NCBI GenBank assembly: GCA_046484865.1
Contig: JAWOID010000083.1
Location: 1 to 19,075, forward strand
Reading direction: 5' to 3'
DNA: 19,075 nucleotides
Origin: Candidatus Krumholzibacteriia bacterium
GTDB lineage: Bacteria > Krumholzibacteriota > Krumholzibacteriia > LZORAL124-64-63
Under the pieces are notes generated by a model that saw only the letters and a list, made by a program, of their open reading frames with translations, made no database searches and had not been told where the DNA came from. The translations under genes and the position numbers were made by a program. Each line of letters opens with the position of its first letter. Position 1 is the stretch's first letter. Positions 8,709-17,034 of this stretch are shown here, piece by piece.

Positions 8709-10223
8709 TCAGCTCCCGGGACCGGCGGCGTCGCTCGCGGCGAAGGCCCAGCGATCGACCGGCGCCAGCCGCTGGCGCACCTTGATCCGCGCCTCGTGCG
8801 CCAGGGTCAGGTGGTCGCTCACCACCACGCCGTCGCCGGGCTCCAGGGAGCCGCCGCTGTGGACGGCCAGGATCTCCACCCAGTCGTCGCTGGCCGCGCC
8901 CAGGTCCACGTACAGCCACTGGGCGCGGTCGCCGTTCTGCTTGAAGACGAGGGGCCGGCCGTCGCGCTCGAGCACGGCCGCCCTGGGTACCAGCAGCCGG
9001 TCGGGATAGACGAAGCCGGCGATCTCCGCGCGCACGAACATGCCCGGCCGGTAGCGGCGGTCGGCGTTCGCGAAGCGGATGATCACCTCGCAGGTGCGGC
9101 TGGCCTGATCCAGCATCGGGCTGACCACCGCGACCTCGGTCAGCAGGGTGTCGCCCGTGGCCGGCACCGCGAGGCGGGCGGGTCGGCCCTCCACGAGATT
9201 GCCGAGATCCCCCTCCAGCACGTTGACGACCGCCTCGAGCAGTTCGTTGTCGTAGACCGAACAGATCGGAGAACTCACCGTCACGATCTCGCCCTTGACC
9301 ACGGCCAGCCCCGTGACCACGCCGTCGAAGGGTGCGCGGATCTCCGTGTACTCCAGGTCGAGGCGCGCCCGCTCCTCGGCCATGCGGGCGTCGGCCAGGC
9401 CGGTGCGCTGCTGGAACACGTCCTGGCGGAAGGCGCCCTGCTCGAGCGCCGCCATCTCCTGCTCGAGCAGCCTGGCCCGGTACTCGTCGTGCGTGATGCC
9501 CCCGCGCGCCAGCAGCTGCTGCAGCGCCTGGCGCTGCTGCGTGAAGTGTCCGAGGGCCTCGTGGTTGACGGCGAAGGTGTCGGTCTCCGCAGCCATCTGG
9601 CTGAGGGCCTGCAGGTGACGGTAGCGGTTCTCCTCCAGCGCGATGCGGTAGGGACGCGGGTCGATGCGCGCCAGCAGTTCACCCGCGCGCACGCGATCGC
9701 CGTCGCGCACGCGGACCTCCACCAGCTCGCCGCCGATCTTGGTGCGGATCTCCGCCGAGTTGGGAGTGCGGACGTACCCGTCGGCGAACACCGGCAGCAC
9801 CAGGTCGCCGCGACGCACCTCGCCGACGTTCACCCGGATCTCCTTCTGCTCCTGCTCCTGCTGCTGCGGTTCGGCGCCGGCGTCGGCCTCGGCGGTCGCA
9901 TCGGAGGCTGCACCCGTCTCGGCGCCGGCCGGCTGTGCGGTCGCCGTGCTGTCGCCGGCAGCGGCGTCGTTCGGCTCGTCGCCGCAGCCGGCGGCGGCGA
10001 GGGCCGCGACGGCCAGGCAGGCGAGGCAGGCCAGCCACACCTGTCGGGTCGGCCGGGCCAGCTGGGTCGGCCGGGCCAGCCGGGCCGGCCGGGTCGGCCG
10101 GGCCAGGAGCCGGCGCCCCGGTTGCGGAGAGCAACGGACCGGCCGCCCGGCGAGCGCGCCGGAGACGGACGATGGCCGGCGGACCGGTGCGGAGAGCCAG
10201 GAGGGTCGTGGTGGACGTCGCAT
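8709..10223 (-). CDS. RND periplasmic adaptor / membrane fusion protein, predicted lipoprotein
   Basis: Lipoyl half-motifs GELVEVRVRDGDRVRAGELLARID and TEIRAPFDGVV flank an alpha-helical hairpin; YRPGMFVRAEI; LLVPRAAV. Lipobox-like ALAAAG-C (Cys codon 9986-9984). ATG 10223 has GAGGTG 6 nt upstream; GTG 10232 is the alternative start. Confidence 0.93.
   Translation of the reverse strand: MRRPPRPSWLSAPVRRPSSVSGALAGRPVRCSPQPGRRLLARPTRPARLARPTQLARPTRQVWLACLACLAVAALAAAGCGDEPNDAAAGDSTATAQPAGAETGAASDATAEADAGAEPQQQEQEQKEIRVNVGEVRRGDLVLPVFADGYVRTPNSAEIRTKIGGELVEVRVRDGDRVRAGELLARIDPRPYRIALEENRYRHLQALSQMAAETDTFAVNHEALGHFTQQRQALQQLLARGGITHDEYRARLLEQEMAALEQGAFRQDVFQQRTGLADARMAEERARLDLEYTEIRAPFDGVVTGLAVVKGEIVTVSSPICSVYDNELLEAVVNVLEGDLGNLVEGRPARLAVPATGDTLLTEVAVVSPMLDQASRTCEVIIRFANADRRYRPGMFVRAEIAGFVYPDRLLVPRAAVLERDGRPLVFKQNGDRAQWLYVDLGAASDDWVEILAVHSGGSLEPGDGVVVSDHLTLAHEARIKVRQRLAPVDRWAFAASDAAGPGS
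10046..10106. repeat. 9/18-bp tandem repeat GGGTCGGCCGGGCCAG(C) x3 plus a half unit, inside the MFP 5' end
   Basis: Copies at 10046, 10064 and 10091, half unit at 10082. Encodes LARPTRPARLARPTQLARPT. Confidence 0.85.
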
Positions 10224-10233
10224 GGGAGGCACC

Positions 10234-11490
10234 TCACTCCATCCGGTAGCAGATCAGCTCGAGGGGGGCGGCCTCGTCGGCCGCCGCGGCTTCGCCGGCG
10301 GCGACGCCCTGCTGGTTGAGCCACGCGTCCAGGGCGCCGGTCACGATCACCGCGCGGCCGTCGGCCAGGAAGAAGAGCTGGTCGCGGTCGGGGTCTCCCG
10401 GCGCAGCAAGCGCCACGCGCCGGACGAGGCGACCATCGGGTCCGATCTCGTCGACGACGGTGTAGATCCCGGCGCCGCGCTCGCGGCTGCCCCGGCTGGT
10501 CAGCACCCACAGGGAGCCGTCCGGGCGCACGTGCAGCCCGGTGATCGCCGGCTCGGCCGGCTCCGTCCGCAGCCCCTTCATCGGAGCGGGATAGTTGGCG
10601 CCGACCGCCTCGATGATCCGCCGGGCGCGCTCGGTCTGGTCCGCGGTGCGCGGCAGCGGCTGATACGGCTGCTCGATCGCGCGCTCCTGCTCGCCGGTCG
10701 GCGACGCCACCACTATGCGATAGGCGTTCCGCTCCGGCGCGTGGTAGATGCGACCGTCCGGCCCCACCGCGTACCGGCCCCAGACGAAGTCCATCTCGGC
10801 CTCGTCGAAGCGCAGGTCGGCGTAATTGATGACGTGTTCCTTCTCCAGCACCGAGTGCTGTCGCTTGCCGTCGCGGTCGCAGATGTCCAGGAAGTAGACC
10901 TGCCGGCTCTCGGAGCCGCCGCCGAAGCTCATGCGGATGCCCGCGAGGGTCATCCCGACGGGGTGCGCGCGACCCGAGACCAGCACGGCGAACTGGCCCG
11001 GGGTGGCGGCGCCGGCGGCCTGGTACTCCGCACTGCCGCCGGGACGCCCGTCGGCGGTGATCCGCACCAGCTTGCCCGGAAAGCCCTGCAGCAGGCACAC
11101 GGTGCCGTCGGGCTCGTGGAAGAAATCGGACGGCCGTCGCGCCTCGCCCGGCCCGTCGCCCTCGCGCCCCAGCACCGTCAGGTGCTCGCCGTCGGGCGAG
11201 TAGACGTGCACCTCCGAGAGCTGGCTGTCGAGCACGTGCAGGCGTCCGGCCGTGTCGGTGGCCACCCGGGCCACGCTGCCGAAGAAGATGTCGTCGTCGG
11301 CGCCGCCGGCCCGCCACTCCTCGGCGAGGCGGATGGTGGTCACCGGAACATCGGCGGCCGGGGCGGCGGTGGCGGCGGGGGCGGCCGCCGCGAGGGAGAC
11401 GGTGGCGATGGGTACGGCGGCGGACAGCGCAAGCAGCGCGAGCAGCGCGAACCCGACCGCACGGGCGGAGGACAGCGGACCTCGAGCCAT
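10234..11490 (-). CDS. Secreted 6-bladed beta-propeller (NHL-like / TolB-like) protein, 418 aa
   Basis: Hydrophobic signal peptide and Ala-rich linker, then FFGSVARVATDTAGRLHVLDSQLSEVHVYSPDGEHLTVLGREGDGPGE with repeated blade turns (xPDG, xADG). AGGAG RBS upstream of the ATG. Confidence 0.82.
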   Translation of the reverse strand: MARGPLSSARAVGFALLALLALSAAVPIATVSLAAAAPAATAAPAADVPVTTIRLAEEWRAGGADDDIFFGSVARVATDTAGRLHVLDSQLSEVHVYSPDGEHLTVLGREGDGPGEARRPSDFFHEPDGTVCLLQGFPGKLVRITADGRPGGSAEYQAAGAATPGQFAVLVSGRAHPVGMTLAGIRMSFGGGSESRQVYFLDICDRDGKRQHSVLEKEHVINYADLRFDEAEMDFVWGRYAVGPDGRIYHAPERNAYRIVVASPTGEQERAIEQPYQPLPRTADQTERARRIIEAVGANYPAPMKGLRTEPAEPAITGLHVRPDGSLWVLTSRGSRERGAGIYTVVDEIGPDGRLVRRVALAAPGDPDRDQLFFLADGRAVIVTGALDAWLNQQGVAAGEAAAADEAAPLELICYRME

Positions 11491-11586
11491 GGGCGATCTC
11501 CTGGACGGGCGAGTGGACTGGCGACCGGAGCGACGGCGCCGGCGCAGGGGCCTGCCGGCTCATTGCCGCATCCCGGGTACCGTGGC

Positions 11587-11612
11587 TACGATCCGGAGCC
11601 GCCGCGGGTTGC
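11587..11612 (-). promoter_or_regulatory. Candidate ECF-sigma promoter for the propeller-MFP-RND-RND unit
   Basis: Minus strand GCAAC (11612-11608) - 17 nt - CGTA (11590-11587), matching the common AAC...CGT ECF pattern about 95 nt upstream of ATG 11490. Confidence 0.45.
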
Positions 11613-11678
11613 GCCGGCGGGCGGCAAGGGTATCCGTTCCCGCCGCGGCTGTCCATCGGCGAGGACCGGATCCGGGAG

Positions 11679-12443
11679 TCAGCCGGACCACCGCGAGGGG
11701 TCGGTGCCGTAGTAGCGGGCGAGCAGCGCGTACAGATCGGGGTGCGCCCGCCGGAAGTCGACGGGGATCGTGAAGAAGGTCTCCGTGATCACGGCGAAGA
11801 ATTCCGCCGGATCCTCGGCAGCGTACGGATCGAGGAAAGTTTCGCGGCGGCGGTCCACCTGCCGGCAGAGGCGGTCGTACTCGGCGCTGCAGATCCGGGG
11901 CCAGTCCGCTGCCAGCTCCGCGTCGGGCAGCAGGGGCATGCCGTCGGCGGCGCCGGTCTCCTCGTCCAGCTGATGCGCGAACTCGTGGAGCACCACATTG
12001 TAGCCTTCCTCCGGCCGCGCGGTGTCGTGCCGGATGTCCTCCCAGCTGAGGACGAGCGCGCCGCTGCCCCACGACTCGCCCAGGAACTCCTCGTGCGCCT
12101 CGGTGACGAGACCGTCGTCGTGGTGGTACTCGCGCTGCACCCGGAACGACTGCGGATAGATCAACACGGCGTGCAGGCGGGGGAGGTACCCCACATCGTC
12201 TCCCAGCAGCAGCAGGCAGGCCTGGGTGGCGACGAACAGGCGCACCTCGTCGTCCACGACCTGCCCGCCACACCCCTCGAAGCTCTTCTCGTCCAGGAAG
12301 ACCTGGACCAGCCCGTGCAGCCGTTCGCGCTCCGGTTCCGGCAGACGGCGGTAGAGGGGGATGTGGTCCTCGGCCAGCGTCCGCCAGGCGGGCGGCCAGG
12401 GCGTGGAGAGCAGCTTGCGTCGTCGCCAGCGCCGGAAGAGCAC
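11679..12443 (-). CDS. mtfA: M90-family zinc metallopeptidase (MtfA-like)
   Basis: FLDEKSFEGCGG, ATQACLLLLG, VLIYPQSF, GESWGSGALVLSW, NVVLHEFAHQLD (HEXXH at 11987-11973), YAAEDPAEFFAVITETFF. GTG 12443 has GGGAGG 5 nt upstream; ATG 12494 is the alternative start. The symbol is a family-level call. Confidence 0.92.
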   Translation of the reverse strand: MLFRRWRRRKLLSTPWPPAWRTLAEDHIPLYRRLPEPERERLHGLVQVFLDEKSFEGCGGQVVDDEVRLFVATQACLLLLGDDVGYLPRLHAVLIYPQSFRVQREYHHDDGLVTEAHEEFLGESWGSGALVLSWEDIRHDTARPEEGYNVVLHEFAHQLDEETGAADGMPLLPDAELAADWPRICSAEYDRLCRQVDRRRETFLDPYAAEDPAEFFAVITETFFTIPVDFRRAHPDLYALLARYYGTDPSRWSG

Positions 12444-12490
12444 GCGAGCCTCCCGTCGGGACCGTTCCGGTATTCCAGGACTGGGCAGGC

Positions 12491-12595
12491 GCATGTCGCG
12501 CCGGTCACGGCCGCGGCGCCGGTGGCGTCTGTCATGTCTGTCGCGCTATCGCGTCTGCCGCGGCTGCTGCGCCTGTCGCCGGTTGCGCCTGTTGC
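12491..12595. repeat. Degenerate ~9-bp tandem repeat (minus-strand consensus GCRACAGRC) upstream of the M90 gene
   Basis: Minus strand reads GCAACAGGC GCAACCGGC GACAGGC GCAGCAGCC GCGGCAGAC GCGATAGC GCGACAGAC ATGACAGAC GCCACCGGC ... GTGACCGGC. Confidence 0.65.
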
Positions 12596-12609
12596 GAGAT
12601 GTGGAGCGC

Positions 12610-12638
12610 AGGATAGCACCCGCGCCGCCCCCTACCAA
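12610..12638 (-). promoter_or_regulatory. Candidate sigma70 promoter with extended -10 for the M90 gene
   Basis: Minus strand TTGGTA (12638-12633) - 17 nt - TATCCT (12615-12610), with TG one base upstream of the -10 (TGcTATCCT). Confidence 0.6.
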
Positions 12639-12656
12639 CCGTCCGCTATTCCACAC

Positions 12657-12682
12657 AACGTTCTTCGTGAACGTTCTTCGTG
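12657..12682. repeat. Perfect 13-bp direct repeat AACGTTCTTCGTG x2, possible regulator binding site
   Basis: Copies at 12657-12669 and 12670-12682, AT-rich relative to background, just upstream of the predicted -35. Confidence 0.75.
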
Positions 12683-12688
12683 GGATGT

Positions 12689-15001
12689 TCAAGGGCCGAC
12701 GAGTGGGACGGCCCACAACGCGATGCGGCCCGTGGCCTGGCTCAGGCTCAGGCCGCCCGGCACGCGAGCGACGACCTCGCTGGTCAGGCCGGCCGAGCGG
12801 AGCGCGGTATGCACGGCCCTGATCCCGTCGGTACGGCCGGCGTCGCCGGGGAACAGGATCCACGAGACGGTCGGGGCGGTTCCCGCACCGGAGGCTGCGG
12901 CTGCGGCCGCCCGCTCCAGCCGCGCGGGATCGGCACGGCCGCCGGACGCCTCGTGCGCGAAGTCGCGACCGGCCAGCAGGAGCACGGGGCCGAGGTCGGC
13001 CGGCCGCTCCAGACTCAGTTCCAGCGCGGTGGCCGCGCCGGCATCGACGCCGGCCAGCAGCAGCCGCTCCGTCGCGAAGAAGCTCCGCGCCCATTCCAGC
13101 ACGGCCCGGGCGTCGTCCGCCTCCTGACCGGCCGGAGCCGGCGCCGGAGCCGCTCCGCCGCCCTCGGCCGGCGCGCGGCCGGCCGGCGCCACCACCACGA
13201 CCTGGGCCGTGTCGGGCAGGTGCTGCGCCACCCCGTGCACCAGCGCCTGCGCCGCCGAGGGCGCATCGGCCAGCACGAGCAGCACGGGCGCGCGGCTCTC
13301 GCCCCGCCGGTACCCGGCCGGCAGGTGGATCGCGGCCAGGCGCCGCTCGCCCGTCGCATCGTCGTGGACCGCCATCAGGTCCCCGCCGTCGGGCAGCACG
13401 CTGCCGGTCGTCTCGGCCCGGCGCAGCATCAGACCGGTTTCCACGACCGTGGTGGCCACGGCGCCCGGATCATCGCCCGGACCGAGTTCCGCCAGCGCTT
13501 CGGCGATGGCGCGCAGGCGGTACTCGACGAACGGCCGCTCCGGCGACTCGACCGCCTCTTGCATACGTTCGCGAGCGCGCTCGAGCCAGCCCTCCTGCAT
13601 CCGCAGCAGGACGGTCGACCAGGTCAGGTCCGTGCCGTCCGGCAGCTTCAGCTGGGCGCTCACCACGAAGGGCCCGGTGGGGAGGTCCGCCATCAGGATC
13701 TGCGGTTCCCACGTGTGCGCTCCCGCCTCAAGGTCGACGACGGTGCGACCCGGTCCCGCCGACAGCACGGAGCGGCCGCCCGCGTCGCGGACCGCCAGCT
13801 CGAGGGCGCCCCGGCCCGAGGTCGGGACCCAGGCCGCCAGAAGCACGGTCACCGGATCGCTCCCCACCACCGGGTCGCGTACACGGCCGACGAGGCCCGG
13901 CTGCGACCCGGGGCCCTGCTCCAGTTCCACCGGCACGCCCCGCCGGGTCCGGTCGGGAAGGTGGGCGCCCGCGTCCGGCAGCAGCGCGGTCACGACCGGC
14001 GCTCCGCCGGCGGTCGCGGTGCGGTGCACCAGGTTCAGCCCGATGCTCCGGTCCAGCAGCGGATGCACCGGATGGACGACCTCCCAGGGGATGCCCGCCG
14101 TGATCTCCAGCATGTCCCCGTGCAGCGGGCGGATCTTCGGGACCAGTTCCGAGACCTGCTGCCAGCGCGCCTCCGGACCTTCATCCAGCAGCACCGCGCC
14201 GGCCGGCAGGCGGCCGGCCATACCCAGAGCCGCCACGATCGATCCCGCGAGTTGCGCGGTTCCCGGTTCGGGCGCCGCTCCCACCACCACGAACAACCCC
14301 GAGCCCCCCTGCCACGGCGGCGCGGCCCGGAAGTGCGGGTCGGGGACGGTGGCGCGCAGTTCCAGCCCGCCCTGGTTGAACCGCAGCCGCACCTCGCCTC
14401 CGGCCGGCTCACTCGTCTCGCCGAGCGCCGGCAGGAGCGGCAGCGGCTCGGACCAGACGCCGGCTTCCAGGGTGACGCCTCGCTCCCACGACTGCCGGCC
14501 CAGTTCCGCCAGGCGCTGCTGTCGCAACTCCGCGAAGCGCGGCCGGCTCGTCAGGTCGGCAAGGTCGGGATCGGCGGCCGCGCCGACGAAGTCGTCGTGT
14601 CCGAGTTCCACCGCCCGCAGGTAGGCTTCCCAGGCCGGGTCGGTGCGACCGTCCCGCGCCAGCAGGCAGGCGCGGTTGTAGTGCATGGCGGCGTCCCCGG
14701 GGTGGCGCTCCAGGTAGGCGTCGCAGGCGGCGAGCGCCTCGTCGAGGCGGCCCTCGCGCCAGAGCGCGGACACGCGCCGGGCCTCCTCGGCCCGATCGGC
14801 CGCCGCGGTCGCGTCGACTGAACCGACCGCATCGACCGGATCGGCTGCGACGACGGCCGGGCCCCCGGATGCGCCGGGTGACGCGGCGAGCGCCGCGACG
14901 ACCGGGAGGAGGGCCGCGAGCAGCAACAGGGCGGCGAGGCCCGACAGGAGGACGCAGGGTCGGCGCCGCAAGCGGGCGGCCGGATGGGTGACCTGACTCA
15001 C
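12689..15001 (-). CDS. Secreted multidomain protein: TPR + CBM9/DOMON-like beta-sandwich + degenerate alpha/beta-hydrolase (770 aa)
   Basis: AAGGAG RBS before GTG 15001 and a signal peptide. TPR: AAMHYNRACLLARDGRTDPAWEAYLRAVELG...DPDLADL. CBM9-like pattern: VRLRFNQGGLELRATVPD...LEITAGIPW...IGLNL. Hydrolase-fold pattern: IHLPAGY...PVLLVLAD...VVVVAP...RLLLAGVDAGATAAL. The CDS is well supported; the domain calls are by eye. Confidence 0.72.
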   Translation of the reverse strand: MSQVTHPAARLRRRPCVLLSGLAALLLLAALLPVVAALAASPGASGGPAVVAADPVDAVGSVDATAAADRAEEARRVSALWREGRLDEALAACDAYLERHPGDAAMHYNRACLLARDGRTDPAWEAYLRAVELGHDDFVGAAADPDLADLTSRPRFAELRQQRLAELGRQSWERGVTLEAGVWSEPLPLLPALGETSEPAGGEVRLRFNQGGLELRATVPDPHFRAAPPWQGGSGLFVVVGAAPEPGTAQLAGSIVAALGMAGRLPAGAVLLDEGPEARWQQVSELVPKIRPLHGDMLEITAGIPWEVVHPVHPLLDRSIGLNLVHRTATAGGAPVVTALLPDAGAHLPDRTRRGVPVELEQGPGSQPGLVGRVRDPVVGSDPVTVLLAAWVPTSGRGALELAVRDAGGRSVLSAGPGRTVVDLEAGAHTWEPQILMADLPTGPFVVSAQLKLPDGTDLTWSTVLLRMQEGWLERARERMQEAVESPERPFVEYRLRAIAEALAELGPGDDPGAVATTVVETGLMLRRAETTGSVLPDGGDLMAVHDDATGERRLAAIHLPAGYRRGESRAPVLLVLADAPSAAQALVHGVAQHLPDTAQVVVVAPAGRAPAEGGGAAPAPAPAGQEADDARAVLEWARSFFATERLLLAGVDAGAATALELSLERPADLGPVLLLAGRDFAHEASGGRADPARLERAAAAAASGAGTAPTVSWILFPGDAGRTDGIRAVHTALRSAGLTSEVVARVPGGLSLSQATGRIALWAVPLVGP

Positions 15002-15157
15002 GAGGTTCTCCTTGATCCGCTGGCATGCATGGCGGCGGCACGGCCGCGCGACGAAAATCCTGGGGCAGCCATCGGCGGCGCGCTACACTGCAGGCTCGAT
15101 GATCTGGCCGGCCGCCACCACGGCCGCGAAGCACCATACATCGGGAGGGCCTTGCTC
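15002..15157. promoter_or_regulatory. Divergent promoter region
   Basis: 156 bp between head-to-head genes. Plus-strand -10-like TACACT at 15084-15089 and GGGAGG RBS at 15143-15148. Confidence 0.45.
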
Positions 15158-16864
15158 GTGAACGTCATCATCGCCGTCTGCGCGCTCCTCGGCGCAGCCG
15201 ACGCCACCGCCGGCGGCGGTGGCTCGGCCCCCGCACCCGAGTTGATCCTGCACGGCGGACGGATCATCACCGTCGCAGGGGACGCCGCCCTCGCGGCCCG
15301 GCCGTCAGGTGAGGCACCCTCGGCCGTGGCCGTGGCCGGCGGCCGCATCCTCGCGGTCGGCGACGACGCGTCCATTCTCGCCCTGGCCAACGCGCGGACC
15401 CGCCGTGTGGACCTCGGCGGCGCCGTGGTCGTGCCCGGATTCTGTGACGGGCACGCGCACCTGCGCGGCCTCGGCTGGTCGCTCACGCAGATCGACCTGA
15501 TGGGGACGTCGTCGGCCACCGAGGCCGTGGAACGCGTCCGCCAGGCCGCCGCCGCAGCAGCGGACGGGAGCTGGCTGCAGGGGCGCGGCTGGGATCAGAA
15601 CGACTGGGAGGTGCCCGTGTTCCCGGACCGGCAACTCCTCGACGCGGCCGTCGGCGACCGGCCGGTTCTGCTCAAGCGCGTGGACGGCCATGCCGCCTGG
15701 GTCAGCAGCGCCGCGCTGCGGATCGCCGGCATCGATGCCGACACCCCCGATCCGGCGGGCGGGGCGATCCTGCGGGACGCTGCCGGCCTGCCCACGGGGA
15801 TCCTCGTCGACCGGGCGGCGGACCTGGTCGCGGCGGCCATTCCGGCGGATGGTCCCGAGGAGATCCGGCGCCAGATCCACCGGGCCACCGAACATTGCCT
15901 GCGTCACGGCGTCACCGGCGTGCACGAGGCCGGCGCCACCTGGGACGTGCTGGAGGTGTACCGCAGCATGGCCGACGCGGGCGAGCTGGGCATGCGGGTG
16001 TACGCCATGCTCGAGGACGACCCGGCCACGCTCGACCGGGGGCTGGCGCGAGGGCCCTGGTCGCATCCGGGCGGCCGCCTCTCCGTGCGCGCGGTGAAGC
16101 TGTACGCCGACGGCGCGCTCGGCAGCCGCGGTGCGCTGCTCCTGGCGGATTACCGCGACGACCCGGGCAATCGCGGCCTGCTCGTCACCCCCCGCGAACA
16201 CCTGCGCGACGTGATGGCGCGCGCCCGCGAGGCCGGCTTCCAGGTCTGCACCCACGCCATCGGTGACGGCGCCAACCGCCTGGTGCTCGATCTCTACGCC
16301 GAGGTGCTCGGCGAGGCCGCGGGCGGCGACCATCGCTGGCGGATCGAGCACGCGCAGATCATCCATCCGGACGATCTGCCGCGGTTCGCGGCGCTGAACG
16401 TGCTCGCCGCGATGCAGCCGTTGCACTGCACGTCGGACCTGGACTGGGCGCCGGACCGGCTGGGGGAGGACCGTCTGGCCGGCGCCTACGCCTGGCGCAG
16501 CCTGCTCGATCTCGGCACGCACGTCTCCTTCGGCACCGACTTCCCCGTGGAGGTGGTCGATCCGCTGGCCGGACTGTATGCCGCACGCACGCGGATGCAC
16601 CAGGACGGCACCCCCGCGGGCGGCTGGCGGCCGCACGAGCGTCTGGACGGGGCCACCGCCCTGGAACTGTACACCGCCGCCCCCGCGCACGCCTCCTTCC
16701 AGGAGGACGTGCTGGGACGCATCGTGCCCGGACAGAGGGCCGACCTCGTGGTCCTGGGCGGCGATCCGGTGGACGACGAACCCGCCGCGCTCCTGACGAT
16801 GCCGGTGCTGATGACCCTGGTAGACGGCGCCATCGTGCACGACGCGCGCGAGGCCGGCCGATAG
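15158..16864 (+). CDS. Amidohydrolase-3 family (YtcJ-like) metal-dependent hydrolase, probably exported
   Basis: VVPGFCDGHAH, GRGWDQNDW, RVDGHAAWV, KLYADGALGSRGALL, HAIGDGAN, RIEHAQ, GTDFPVE, GRIVPGQRADLVVL. Start reassigned to GTG 15158 (RBS 9 nt upstream; TTG 15152 is an alternative), giving a short hydrophobic N-terminus. Confidence 0.93.
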   Translation: MNVIIAVCALLGAADATAGGGGSAPAPELILHGGRIITVAGDAALAARPSGEAPSAVAVAGGRILAVGDDASILALANARTRRVDLGGAVVVPGFCDGHAHLRGLGWSLTQIDLMGTSSATEAVERVRQAAAAAADGSWLQGRGWDQNDWEVPVFPDRQLLDAAVGDRPVLLKRVDGHAAWVSSAALRIAGIDADTPDPAGGAILRDAAGLPTGILVDRAADLVAAAIPADGPEEIRRQIHRATEHCLRHGVTGVHEAGATWDVLEVYRSMADAGELGMRVYAMLEDDPATLDRGLARGPWSHPGGRLSVRAVKLYADGALGSRGALLLADYRDDPGNRGLLVTPREHLRDVMARAREAGFQVCTHAIGDGANRLVLDLYAEVLGEAAGGDHRWRIEHAQIIHPDDLPRFAALNVLAAMQPLHCTSDLDWAPDRLGEDRLAGAYAWRSLLDLGTHVSFGTDFPVEVVDPLAGLYAARTRMHQDGTPAGGWRPHERLDGATALELYTAAPAHASFQEDVLGRIVPGQRADLVVLGGDPVDDEPAALLTMPVLMTLVDGAIVHDAREAGR

Positions 16865-16874
16865 CCGGGCGGAT

Positions 16875-16929
16875 GGCCGGGCGAAGGCCAGGTCAAGGCC
16901 AGGCGAAGGCCAGGCGAAGGCCAGGCGAA
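16875..16929. repeat. 11-bp tandem repeat GGCCAGGCGAA x5
   Basis: Units at 16875 (GGCCGGGCGAA), 16886 (GGCCAGGTCAA), 16897, 16908 and 16919, with a degenerate unit over the stop codon. Confidence 0.92.
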
Positions 16930-17034
16930 GCGGGCCGGTAGCCGACCGCTCGTGGGTGGAGACGGGGGCTGCAGCGGCTCCCATCGCCGTCTCCTCGCGC
17001 CGGTTTCGAGACCCTGGATTTCGGCGCCGAGATC

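Noticed and set aside
2086..10319. Very long plus-strand ORFs 2086..5580 (1164 aa) and 5529..10319 (1596 aa)
   Set aside because: Antisense shadows of the RND/MFP genes: rich in Arg/Gly/His/Gln with no motifs, as expected in high-GC DNA. The same applies to 96..1049, 992..2323, 9664..11712, 11742..13127, 12680..14821 and, on the minus strand, 15305..17065 and 16486..18348.
14984..15157. Upstream start for the amidohydrolase as given in the track
   Set aside because: It would overlap the divergent gene and remove the promoter region; the RBS supports a start at 15152 or 15158.
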